This document shows positions 1 to 15,268 of a stretch of 34,846 bases of DNA, in pieces. Below the pieces are notes generated by a model. It saw only the letters and a program-made list of their open reading frames with translations. It was not told the DNA's origin and ran no database searches. Source of the DNA: Streblomastix strix (lineage: Eukaryota); NCBI GenBank assembly GCA_008636045.1, contig SNRW01000047.1, positions 1 to 34,846 of the forward strand, written 5' to 3'. The first letter of the stretch is position 1; each line of letters opens with the position of its first letter. The position numbers and the translations under genes were made by a program.

Positions 1-2600
<2,600 letters not shown>

Positions 2601-3159
2601 TGCGTTTGAAATTTATAATTGATATTCTAAAATTATAAACAAATAAAATAAATAGTAATTAATAATAAAAAATGAAAAGAAAGACTAAGAAAAAATATAA
2701 TAAATTTCATCTTTTATAAAATTAAAACAAAATGAATGATAATTAAATCCTCTTTTTCTGATCTGTGCATTTATTATTCGTTATATTTGCAATTTATCAT
2801 TATTAAATTTCGATCATAAACAATTCAATGAATTTGAAAGTAATGTCTGTATAAATATGATTACTGATATAGTAAATCAATATATTTACAATTTTATTCT
2901 ATAAAAAAACATATTTTGTTCTTTGGATAGCTTTGAAATAGTGCTTTAAGTTATTTCAATAAAAACAATATATCTAGTTTTAATTTTTATTAATAAATAT
3001 ATCTATATAAATATGTTATCGTTTTTACTTATCTTAGCATATTTAATTAAGTAGTTCAGAGAATAAATTAATATTATTTCAAAATAGTTTTAAATATAAT
3101 TTATTTCAATACAATTTTGAATAAATCATCTAATAAAAAAATATTATTGATTCATATAT

Positions 3160-3790
3160 TTTCCGGTTCAATGAAAAAATTTTATTTATATCTTCTTTAA
3201 TTATGTTTGATACAACTTTGATACCAAAATCTCTTTATTGATAATATATTATATTAAATTCATTAGACTTTGAAAGAATATTACCCTTATCTCTTTGTTA
3301 TTCAACGCGATCGAGCAAATTCTTAGCATCATTTCGTGTAATCCGTTCAACAATATTCAAAAGAATTTAAACTAACTTTTTAGCTCTCCTCGGATATGGA
3401 TAAATATTTCAGATAAGCAAGAGTTGAGTTATAGAAAATTTAGGATAAAAAATCATTACCTTATTTCTGAAGATAACTAGAATAATAATTAATTATTCCT
3501 TAATCTCTTTATAACATTTGTTTTTATATTTTTAATAAATTTTAGCTTTCATTATCCAGACATAAATCTTCTACCAATTTTCAATCTTTTTCGTTTACTT
3601 AAACTTATTGCTAAATATGGAAAAATTGGTTATAATTGACAATAAAAAATGATAATTCTTTTACAGTCCAAATTCATTAGATTTTAAATCACATCTAATA
3701 TATTTCATTCTATTTCAATGATCTATATTCCAAAAAAGAAGAAATTTCTTAAGCTCTTCTACAATTTTTCGATATTGATAAAAAGAAACA
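3160..3790 (-). pseudogene. Degenerate ORF remnant, unassigned (possibly transposase)
   Basis: About 200 codons in one frame under TAR=Gln, with two TGAs (YRKIVEELKKFLLFWNIDH...PRRAKKLVQILLNIVERITRNDAKNLLDRVEQ...). No diagnostic motif recognised. Confidence 0.3.
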
Positions 3791-4254
3791 TATTGAAAAA
3801 TAATTGAAATTAATACAATTTTCGTTATATAAAATGATGATTAAGAGAAAATGTTACTTAAATTTGGCAAATAAATATGCAATACAGACTCTATGACTGA
3901 ATATGAATTTCTAAAACTATGTGATAGAACTTTGTTCAAGTTCAACAATAACTACTTTAATAGTAACAACTTATATAAAACTGCAATAAATAGTATTAAT
4001 GGTACCTTAGAACATTCCAAACGCTATATTGCAATTACAGTAAACTCAATCAAAAATATAACAAAATATGTTTAAATTAATAGAATTGAATTTATTTATT
4101 TATTTAAATTCGCATTCAATTATTCATTTCTTTATTTCGTGAAACAATTGTGTAAATTCTGTGATAATTATTTTACTTGCTCACAAGGCATTCCTTAGCA
4201 GATAGCTCAAGTGAAGCATGAGTAGGATTAGGAAGTATTACAATAGTTTGTAAA

Positions 4255-4616
4255 TGCGTGAAAATTGAAAAATCTTGAATAATAAAATAATTTTCAAACT
4301 ATTTTAAAAAAAATGTCTTAATTAATATTTAATCGATATAAATTTTTAAATAAATTAAAATTTTGCTAAAATTTTTGAATTTATTAAATAAAAACTAATT
4401 TTGTGACGAAAATTTAATTTTATTTAAGATTTATATATTTTAATTTAAAATTTATATTTATATTTTAATTTAAATTAAAAATTAATTTTTTTGTTAGTAT
4501 AATTTAATTTAACAAATGTATTTGAAATTTTTTATTGAAAATGTTTAAATTATGATAATTTTTATAAAATTTTTTGAAATTTATTTTTATTATTCACGAG
4601 TTTGCAATTTTCATAC
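4255..4616. mobile_element. Foldback/MITE-like element with long terminal inverted repeats
   Basis: Left end tgcgtgaaaattgaaaaatcttgaataataaaataattttcaaa matches the reverse complement of the right end, gtatgaaaattgcaaactcgtgaataataaaaataaatttcaaa. Interior is AT-rich and non-coding. Confidence 0.75.
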
Positions 4617-5039
4617 AGGTAATTATTTGCTGAATTCAAGGGTAGATAACTTTTATTTTTGCTATAAAAAATCAAATTAAAAGTAATAAAACTTTAAATT
4701 TTTATATAATAAACATATTAAATTTATTTCTTCGTCGATTAAAAAAAGTAAAAATTTTTTTATTTATTTTATGAATAAACGAATATTTTATGTATAAAAT
4801 GTAAAAATTTTTCTATTAATAATAGTATTTTAAATTTTAAACATATTTTAATTTGATTTAAATGAAAATCAGCCTAAAAAATATATTTTTCGAAAAAGTT
4901 AAAAATTTTAATCAAGTGCTGATTTTGCAAATTTTTTTATTAAAAATTTAAAGTAACTAAATTATGTATTAAAATTTTAATTCTTAATAGAAAAGTTATC
5001 CATCTAGTACAAAACCTTGAATTGCGCAAATAATTACCC
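4617..5039. mobile_element. MITE family A copy 1 (GGGTAATTATTTG TIRs)
   Basis: Left end aggtaattatttgctgaattcaag; right end cttgaattgcgcaaataattaccc. Flanks atac/atat suggest a 4-bp target-site duplication with one mismatch. A second copy lies at 9876-10281. Confidence 0.85.
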
Positions 5040-5048
5040 ATATGTTAA

Positions 5049-6046
5049 CTACACATTATATATGATTTAATAATTTGATGAGAATCATCTGTTTCTATAT
5101 TCAGATAATTAAATAACCCAACAAAATTGGAGGTCTAGGATATATAATTGAAATTGACGAGAAATGTGCGAGGAGATGAAAATGCTAAAATGGAAGTGAA
5201 AAAGAACAAATTTTGGGTCTCGATGATAAATTGAAGAAAACAACTGATATATAAGATAGAAGAAAATATACATTTATTTCAATTGTATCAAATTGTTCTG
5301 CAGAAACATTATATAAGACATTTTGACAGAATTTTGAAAAAAGAACCACAGTTTTCAGTTAATCGTAAAAGGTTTATTCATTGATTAAACGAAATTGCAT
5401 CGTCAACAAATAAGATAATCATAAGATCAATTTCGTAAATCCTGAAGATAGAGAAGTTCACACTTAGTGTATCGAGAATTTTTGGGGCAAACTTAAACTA
5501 TACCTTATTGGATGAGCTCCACCTGGACATAAACTTGAATTATATCTATTAGAATTTATATTTAGAAAGCAATATTTAAAAAAAGGCATACCAGGTTTCG
5601 TGTCTAAATTTAAATTAATATCTAAAATTATCAGATCTATAATTTCAATTATCAGTAATGAATTTTCAATTATCGAAAGGTGGGATATTGATTTGGACAA
5701 AAGAGAAAAGTTAGTTCGAGCTGCATATAAAATATATTATGTTAAAAATGAAATTTTATCAAATGTCGAGGAGTATAATTTACAACCTCAGAATGCGTAA
5801 GATGATCGTATGAATGAATTTGAAATGAACCCTTTAGAATAAGTATTTAGCGAAGGGGGAGAAGAAGAAAGGTTAATTACATTAAATTATGATTTAAGAA
5901 AATAAATAAATAAATAAAAAGTTAAAGATTATAAAATGAAATAGAATAACACAGTTAATCTCGATGAGAATTCTGATGACACAAATGATCTTGAATTTTT
6001 CAATTCAAAGAAAAATCTTAATAAAATAAAAAGAGATTAAAATTGA
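5049..6046 (+). pseudogene. Merlin / IS1595 (ISXO2-like) DDE transposase remnant
   Basis: One frame gives KIGGLGYIIEIDEK...IVSNCSAETL...[27 protein letters not shown]...LELYLLEFIFRK, the typical ISXO2/Merlin motif series. Several in-frame TGAs; 5' part missing next to the MITEs. Confidence 0.88.
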
Positions 6047-7024
6047 TAAATTGATAAGAACAAGAAAGAAAAGAATAAGTCTAAAATGAATAATTGCATA
6101 TAAATATAAATATTTAATAAAATCTATCATTACGCTTCTTACAGAACAATTACCATGAAATGCTTAATCAATTATTAATTGCATAACAACCACAAAAAAT
6201 GTAATTGATATGAATATAAATATTGTTATATTCTTTGGTTCTACGTCTGTTGATGAATCTGTAATTAGTATAGTTATTATAGAAATTATAATGTATCTTA
6301 TTGGAGCCTTTATGGATATTACAGTAAATGCTGAGAAGATATTAGTTATACAATCAATTATAGTTTAAGTTGTTAAAATTAGTATTATGATGGTTATAAT
6401 ATCAGTTAGTTAAGTTATTTCAACATTTAAACCTCAAAGAAACAGAAATTAAGAATCATTTTTTGAACTAATAACTTGCCATTATCCAATAAATTAAGAA
6501 ATTTCAGAACTAAAAAATATATTAAATATACTTATATATTTCTAGAATTATCATTTACCAAAATATGTCATCTAAAATCATATTCGTTTATGCTTAAATT
6601 GACTCGATTTTTTTGACAAAAAGCTCTGTTTCTCGATTCTTATATATTTTGCCCAACTTTTGTTCCAGATAATTTATCAAATAATATCATTATGCATATT
6701 TTGATATATAAAACATGTATAAATTTTAGTGGATACCTGGAGTAAAACGAGAAAATCTAATTTTTCATTTTTCTCCTTCGTACTTTTTTAATATTTAATT
6801 CAAAATTTCGATTTAAATTGTTTTAGTTGAGGAAAATTTGAGAAATTTAATATGAAAAAATTAGTTTGAACCAAATTAAATATATATATTTCCAACAGTT
6901 GGAATTTATTTTTTAAATAATTTATTGAAAATATAGAATAATTTTAAATTGATTTATATTCAAAATCTTATTAAAAATTAAGTTTTAGTGTTCATTTATT
7001 TGAAATCTGCACTAGAAGTAGAAT

Positions 7025-8210
7025 TCAATATAAATATTGATTTTTGTTAAATAGTTAGAAATAAATTATTAAACTAATGTAAATAATTATATTATCTGAC
7101 AAGAAACTGATTTAATAATATTTCAATATTTTCAGTTTAAAAGAAAAAAAATATTTCCTATTATAAATAATATGAGTAAATATTAATGCATATTATAAAT
7201 AGTCCTTTAACGTTTATGCTTTCAAATGAACCTCTGTTTAACCTAAACTTGAGCAATTCGTATCATTTGATGAATATCTTTATCAAGTCTCTCTATTTAG
7301 TGCATTTAATCCTGATGAATCACATAGCAGATTGCAAATGGATCTTGAATCTATATTTTAAACTGATATTAATTCATAATCAATGAATCAAATAAGCATA
7401 GACAGAACTCCAGTTCTAGTTGTAGCTGCAAAAAAGAGCTTATATATAAGAAATAAAGCAGAAATTATGCTTAGTCACAAATTGTTTATGAGAGCTATGT
7501 TAAAAATCGGAGAGAAATAAAGGAAGAGAGTACCTATTTATATTTGATGTATATTTTTATTTAATTTTTTTTTATCATTAGGAGATATTCCTTAGCAAAA
7601 GTATAACATTTTATTACGAAAGAAATTATGGTTGAAAGGATAACATTATTCTTAAAGAATTCGCAAGAAACAACAAAAACAAGATTTATGTATATATATA
7701 AATAAATATGAATAAGTAAAATATAAAATATAAAATATGTTTAATAATAATTAATAAAAAATATTATTTTTTATTCAAAATTTATATTAGTAGCTGCGGA
7801 AATTTGCATTTTAGATAGAATAAGGAAATAATAAAAATAAACTTAATAGAAATGAAGAAAAAAACTTTAATAATCGAGTAACTTGAGATAAAATAAAACT
7901 TGTAGTCGTAAATATTTTCCATATATAAAGTTGTGTAATTGAGAAGAAATAGATATAAAAAAAATTTAAAAAATTTAATAAATTAATTTAAATTATATTA
8001 AAATTATATATATGAAAATCTGAATTATAAAAATCATTCTGAGGTTAGTTAAAAATTTCATAGATATATAAAATAATTTTAATTAGAATAAATTAATTAA
8101 AGTTTCGATTAGATATAACGCTGTTTTAAAAATATAGAATATTAATTTAATAATTTAAAATTATTATCTAATTTTTATAAAATTCAATGAAAAATTATAT
8201 ATTTGGCTGG
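7025..8210 (+). repeat. Dispersed repeat family B, copy 1
   Basis: Reverse-complement match to 22670-23885, e.g. gcagattgcaaatggatcttgaatctatattt and gttgtagctgcaaaaaagagcttatatataag. Also matches 26560-27290. Confidence 0.85.
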
Positions 8211-9319
8211 TCTCATCGGATCTAATTTTATTCTATTTTATTTAAAAAATAATATATAAATAATTATATTATTTCACTGAAATATTTCCAACTTACATAT
8301 AATACTTATTCTAGGAAGAATCTAAATTTTCAGATTTTTTTAAAAAATTTAAAAATCATTTTTCATAATCATTTGCAAATTATTTAATGAACTAATTAAA
8401 CAAATGCAAACTTAACAATTATGATATTATTATTTTTTATAAATAATATTGATAAAAATGGTGCATTATATTATAATTAATGAAAAAATAAATAATTTTA
8501 ACTAAATGAATATCAAATAAAAATATTGTAAAATTTTTACAATATATATCATAAATTGCAATAGATAAATACAATAAATATAAATACGTCAAAAATAAAA
8601 CATTGGCACATTCAAATTTCAATAACTTAATTCCGCTTATTTTATCTTGAATAGTTTCTGAAATAAATAATAAAAAAATATTAAACAACCATACTTCATT
8701 ACATCAATATTTATGGATTAAACAATATTTCATATTCAAAAAATAGTGCATACAAATTGAGAGAAAATATCTGACGTTTTTAATTATTTTTTGCTTCACT
8801 TCAAGATTGCGCACCTTGCTGAACATTCCTGTTCAACAATGCATATAAATTATGTTTAAATAAAAAAAATAAAATTTATCTTAATGAATAAAATATTGTT
8901 CTTAGTAAGCGCAAAAATGCGAAAATATATTCTTAACTGTCATAGTAAAAAATATTATATTCATTCATATAAATTTTTATGTTTGTGCCAGACTTGGTTT
9001 TGAATGGACTGCAAAAATTGAAAAATATATTTTTTCCAATTTACTCGAATACTTGCCCATAAAATTTAATAATTTAAATGAAAATTTTTTAATTAAAAAA
9101 ATTAAAGATAAAAAATTATAAAATTGAGTGAATATACTATGTAAGTGATGAAAAACAACAATGCTCGAAAATTTCAAAATCAAATTGCTTTTAAATTGCA
9201 AATCTATTTACTTTTTTTTGTAAAAATTTAATAAATTATTGAAAATAGTTTCCGATTTTATTCTAATATTATAGTTTATATAATTACGTACAAAAAAATT
9301 TTTTTAAAACAAATTCTAA

Positions 9320-10870
9320 TTTCTCTTCGAAGGACCACAAGCTGCATATGGGACATATTTTAATTATTTATATTAATAATTTTCTTAAATGAAAATATTT
9401 TAATTTTACATTTATAGAAAATTCATCGAAAAATATAATTTTCCATTTGCGACCCTAATTGAATGCATAATTCTGAATTGTATTTATAGCGATTTTAATG
9501 GTAAACAAGATAATCGACAATCATTTCACGTAGTACTAAAAGGTCAAGAAATTTGCCACTTAATTGGTCACCTTATACTTGATTTTTGTGCTTATTTTTT
9601 GTTGTTTATATCAAAAAGACTTTGTGAAAGTGATATTTAAACTTTTTAAGTAGGATACTATATAGGCTCAGATTTCTTCTTACAGTTGGAATTTCACGTT
9701 TTAATAATTTTTTTACTTCATGGTCAATATCTCTATTCGGCTCGCAAATGTCTACTGATAATAATCATTCAAAACTGTCATATATGCTAATACAACAGAC
9801 ATATGTTCCTGAAAACTAACTGAGATTATGGTGTCATTCAAAATTATAGTTGCGAAGTTAAATAAATTTCAAATTGGGTAATTATTTGCACAATTCAAAA
9901 ATTTATATGAAGTTGATAACTTTTCTATTTAATATTAAAATTATTTAGGATATATTTATTTTAAATTAAATTGATAAAATTATATTATGTGTCAAAATAA
10001 TTTTTTTACAAAAATCTAAATTCGGTTGCGCCTCCTTACGAAATTTATTTAATATTCATCTAATTTTTAATATTATAATATATATTATTAAAATTTTAAA
10101 AAATTATATTAAATAAATGCTTAAGCAGGAAAAAAATATTTTTTTTTAATTTTTTTTACTTGCTGAAGACGAACTATTATAAAGTTTGATAAAATAAAAT
10201 TTTTAAATTTAACAGATTTATATTTATTTTTATTATTAAAGCTCAAAGTTATCTACTCTTGAATCCTACAAATAATTACCCAATTTATTATTATTCGTAA
10301 AAAAAATAAAATCAATTAATAATCAGTTTATTAAATTTACTTTTTTAGTTCGAAACTGTCTTCAGAGGACACATTAATCACAAGTTACAATAAGAATATT
10401 GTGACGATAGATCTAGGTGTTTAATGCACAATAATGCACAGTGCCTGAAATTGGTCCTAAATTGCGTGAAATAGCATCTTTAATTTCGTCTTCAGTTTCT
10501 CAGTCCATGCCATTTTGGAGTCTCTTAAGCTTTCAAAAGAAGAAATATTCACTCGATATAAAGTCATTTGAATAAGTATGCTGAAGGAGACTCGTGAATA
10601 TACAAGAATGAAAATAATCTTAAGGGAAATATTTATTACTTGTCCCTTGTCAGCAAACAAAGATATCCTTGCTTGCTATGTTTACGTTACGCAGCAAACA
10701 TAATTTTGGCATCTTATGTACATTTATATATTATTGAATCATCATGCTTGTGCAGTATACATTTCATGTGTACATGAAGACATTGTATTTCATGTCTGAT
10801 TGCAAATTTTCTTAATTTTAACTCCATCATGCTCAGTTTCACATCAGGAAATAACAGATGAAAAAAGTAG
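9320..10870 (-). pseudogene. Degenerate transposase-like ORF (possibly hAT), interrupted by MITE A copy 2
   Basis: Long frames with scattered TGAs on both sides of the MITE: Cys/His-rich N-terminus (KKICNQT*NTMSSCTHEM), then ILVYSRVSFSIL, FQALCIIVH and YYVK*LSII (reminiscent of hAT TRWxS). Motifs are too decayed to be sure. Confidence 0.35.
9876..10281. mobile_element. MITE family A copy 2 (opposite orientation to copy 1)
   Basis: gggtaattatttgcacaattcaa ... ttgaatcctacaaataattaccc, flanked on both sides by AATT. Its sub-terminal sequences match the opposite ends of copy 1. Confidence 0.88.
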
Positions 10871-12187
10871 ATTTTGATTTTTGGTAATGATTCAGTTATT
10901 TTCTACTTTTTCCATTTAATGTTCTCTTTTTATAAATATATTTTTTTTTATTATTTATCAAAACAACTGATAAGCAGTTTTATTTAAAAATTTTAAAAAT
11001 TAGAAAATTTAATTGAGTTTTTTTTGATGATGAGAAAAATTTATCAACAGCGCTGAAAAAGTGCAATATTTTTCAATTTTAACTCGAATATGGCTATAAT
11101 GATTTTTAAAATTATCATTATTTCATTTCAATTGTCTTTAAGTCTATTCATATCTCCATTAATGAATATAATTAATTTAAATAATGAAAGATTGGAATGT
11201 GGAACAGAATGATAAGAAGAGAATATAATAGAAGAATACATTAATGAAAACAATATTGTTCAATAATATATTAATTTATAAAAAAATTTTAAATTTTTTG
11301 AATGTAAAAAAAAATATTTTTTAATTTTAATTTAAAAATTAATTATTTAAAATATTATATAATAATAAATAAAAAATTATTGTTATTTTTATAATTATTA
11401 TGTTAAATTTTTTCAAACAATATTATTAATGTTTAGATTTTATATTACTCATTTGAGAAATCTTTTATGCAAATAGTTTTACTTTTTTATCATAACAAAT
11501 TCCAATTTTATTTGCATTTTTATTTTAAATTTAATGGAAAACTTTGAAAAAGTACAAATATCCTTTTAATACTCATTTAATTATTATGAAAAAAGTCAAA
11601 AATCTTGACAGTTATTCAATTTCTTTTTAAACTTAGGCTTATGAATCAAAAAGAATAATTCAATTTAAAATTAAATTAAATGAATTAACTAACTAATAAA
11701 CTTATAAATCCCAATAAACTAATATAAGAATATAAAAATGTAGTTATAAAGGAAAGAATAGAAATTGATTCAGAAAACCAAATAATTCATTTCTTCCTAT
11801 TTATAATTTTATCTATAATATACTTAATTTTTATGTCAAAATTTGCAGCTGAAATAAGACTTTCAACAAAAGAGAATTGATTCGACTCACATGATGATAA
11901 GAATATAACATTCTTCTTAACATGTACAAAAAAAGGTTATCAATTCGATAAATAAAAAGATTATATCAGATAAAGGAATTTTGTTGAAAGGAAAATAATT
12001 ATATTGTTGCTGATGCTCTTTTTAATTAAATTGAATTAAAAGAAAAAGAGGTAGGAGGATAAATCAAATTTGATATACATGAAGATTTTAAATAAGTATA
12101 TAGAGACAAAAAATTTACTAAAAGAAATTGAACCAAGCAATGGAACCGTTCAACAAGATCAAAAATAGAATCATCAGCAATAAATTA

Positions 12188-15150
12188 ATCAATACCTTAT
12201 TCCCAACATAAATCTATTAAATTATTGATTGAAGCAAACATACTCTCTACATCACGAATATTATAGAACTCAAGATGTGCCCATTTATCCATAAATTTTC
12301 TGTTTTCAATTACATCCAAACTGTTGAAATCGTCAACGAATTCTTAAAAATCTTTATCGCTAATATTTTTCTGACTAATTTATTTATAAAAATCCTCATG
12401 TTTAAATAGTTCAATAGATGATAAGAACTAATTTACATTGCTACTGTTGAAGGATCCATGTGGGAATTTACCCTTAGTTAGTTTGGTTCCATTCCCATAC
12501 TTATGAACAAACTTATCAAGAGTGGTGGGAAGAATAAATGTAAGAACATCTTTGAACACTAGCCCGTAAGGGTAATCCGCATGTCTAATTGTTACTTACT
12601 TCTGTTATGTTGTTGATCCAAGGTAAGTGTTATTTTTAAATATAATTTTAGGATATTAAACTAGATATGAGAATATAATGTTAAAATCAAACTTCTTAGA
12701 ATTGAATCCAATGATAGCTACTTGATGAATCTTTTAATAGTGTTTTTATTATTCATTTTCATTATAAAATTTGATTACCGGTTCACATACAAAATTTGCT
12801 TCATTAACCTTGTTCGCTAGCTCCCACATTTGCTCTATGAATTTGTTCATGAAATCTTATGATCTATTATCAATGTATTTTGATTTTATTTTATTATAAA
12901 TCTAAGCACCAATAACTATTTATAATGGTAGTAATTATGTGTAAATTGACTCATCATCGCTAGTTTGATCCTCAACAATTTCTGCATCAATACCCATGTA
13001 ATTTTTTGTAGGTTGTAGTATATCGTTTACTCCTTATTCTTAATCTTTGGAGAGTAGCTTTGTTTAGCCTGTTGCAAATAGCTTTTGAATAGTTTTATTA
13101 GATTTGAGATATGGCATAAATGGCTATGATAAATTATCCAGTTTTGGATGCTTCATTTGATCTGGACTTTTACATGATTCTATATGTGTCTTATAATTTC
13201 TACTGAAGTTATCACTAGCCCGATTGAATAATTTTTGATTGTATTTCTTGCATAAATATCTACCAATTACCCGATCAATATCTTTGATGAATATCGCGTG
13301 AACTTATGGGTTATCATCACCTTGTATAGATAATGGAGCTAGTAAAATATAAGTAGTTTACCACTCTTGGTTAACAATATATTCGTTAGATTTATTGAAT
13401 TATTTTTCAGAGTGATCATATTCATAAGTCATTACATTTAGCTTGAAGCATTACAGGAATTTTTCTAAATATGTATCTTAATTGAAACTATCATAATCCT
13501 TCAACAATTATTTTTATTATTTGCTTAATCTTCCTTCATCCTTATGAATTTAATCGTTAAACTATAAGAACAATTCAATTGCATTAACGATACGGGTTTT
13601 TGTTTAATTTATCTAGGGATGTAATTAAAATGAAGCAGCGATGAACCAGCAGATATTATAATCACAATCTATTGATCTAGTGTAATCATGTTCATTAAAC
13701 CTTTATACTTCAGTTCTTAATTTTGTTCCAAGTGGTAATTCATAAACAATAATAACAAATGAATAAAATGCTACTTTTCTTGTGTTTGATTCTTAGTGAG
13801 AAGGAGACTAGTCTTCGTAAATCATATCGTGAACTCTATCTTTGAATAGTTTAAGTGAAGCATTATCTCGTATAATTATAGTGTAATTTTTATGTGAATT
13901 TTCAAGTATAGGTTTATATTAATGATAGCTCTATTAATTGCTAATTCTTTTCTTAATATTAGTTGATTCCATAGTTTACCAGATGCTTCCAAAATCCAAA
14001 GCTATCTTATATATTTTATTTTTATGTAATTCATGAACGTAGGCTAGCTTGCCATCGAATTATTAAATATGAGTAAATTTATTAAAATAATATGTATGAA
14101 ATGGTTCTTTATTTTATATGTCATTCCTTTATGCTGATCCATCAGATAACCCAGTAAGATCAACCTCACTCTATTCTTTAAATCTCTTTCTTGTTTCAAT
14201 TAGGATCTCATTAAATTTCTTCAAATCATCAGGTTAAAAAAACATAAATACATTCAGCTAATCAGTAATATTAGCATTATATTTATTATTGAACTTAAGA
14301 TCGTGTTCTTTTAATTATTTATTTTTATAGAATACAAGTAATAAATCAGTTAGTTTTGGTTATCTTATTGTGTACTCTTCTTCAGTTAGTTTATTTTTGT
14401 TAATATCTGATAATCTCTCATCCCTAATTCGTTTCACTTGCTTGAACGTATTATTGAGATCTTTAACGAAGTGGTTTATTATTCTTCGTAGTTTATATCG
14501 TTAATATATTATCATTGAATTTTCCTAGCTGCTTGAGTTGGCTATTTCAAGTTTAAATTGTGAGCTAACAGAGCTCTTGTATTGGTTACGTAGTCCTTAC
14601 TGATTATATTCAAATTATTGATTCTTTATTAATCTATTTCATTAATTTATTACACATATTTATCCTTTAACTCTTATAGTTATCTCTTTGCATCATTGAT
14701 TTACTAACGATTTTTCATAGATTTCTTGACTTTATCGAAAGCCTTAATCTCATTTAGTTGATCATTAGCATTATTCAATCTTTTTGATTACTCCTGTAAC
14801 AACTTCACATACTATCTAAGTTCAATTTACTTATTAATTCCATCCAATTTCTCTGCGGCTAGTTTCAATTCTTATCTAGCTTTTATACTTTCTTATTATA
14901 ATTATATTAACTCTTACTCATCATCATATCTACCATGCAATTCATTACTCTTTATAGCGGTAACTTCGTTGCTATTTGTTACTATTATATGATTAACGAA
15001 CTCTCATATCTTAGTAACACTACTCTTCGATCCTGAGTATCCCTACGCTTTGATTGTTTACAGTAACTGTTAATCGAGTACTGGTTTGGTTGATTTGTGG
15101 TCATATTGAACATCAAGTTTATCAAGCATCTAACGAACTTCAGAAATCAG
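12188..15150 (-). pseudogene. Truncated protein-primed DNA polymerase B (Polinton-like): N-terminus, vOTU-like domain, Zn finger and 3'-5' exonuclease; polymerase domain absent
   Basis: Under TAR=Gln: YKIALDFGSIW, IDCDYNICWF, VHAIFIKDIDR, YMGIDAE (ExoI), IIGFNSKKFDF (ExoII), KGKFPHGSF and FYNIRDVE (ExoIII), colinear with the 28278-32846 protein. Two TGAs and a frameshift near 14480; homology stops at about 12188. Confidence 0.88.
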
Positions 15151-15180
15151 AAAATATTTCCTCTCAATTTTGGACTGATA

Positions 15181-15250
15181 AAAAGTTGATTAGGATGATT
15201 AAAAGTTGATTAAAATGATTAAAAATTGAATATGATGATTAAAAGTAGAA
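15181..15250 (+). repeat. 20-bp tandem repeat, about 3.5 copies
   Basis: aaaagttgattaggatgatt / aaaagttgattaaaatgatt / aaaaattgaatatgatgatt / aaaagtagaa. Confidence 0.85.
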
Positions 15251-15268
15251 ATTTTTCTGCTTCGAAAT

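Noticed and set aside
3893..4075. ORF with FLKLCDRTLFKFNNNYF, faintly like a Penelope-type RT segment
   Set aside because: The following Q..G..MGS motif and YxDD are absent; similarity is too short.
6890..6904. Palindrome ttccaacagttggaa
   Set aside because: Single short occurrence with no associated feature.
8437..9201. Standard-code ORFs 8437-8688 and 8977-9201
   Set aside because: Low-complexity Ile/Phe/Leu/Tyr-rich translations of AT-rich non-coding DNA with no motifs.
11960..12030. NYIVADALF resembling the RNase H C-terminal N..ADAL motif
   Set aside because: No upstream RNase H or RT motifs in frame; could be chance.
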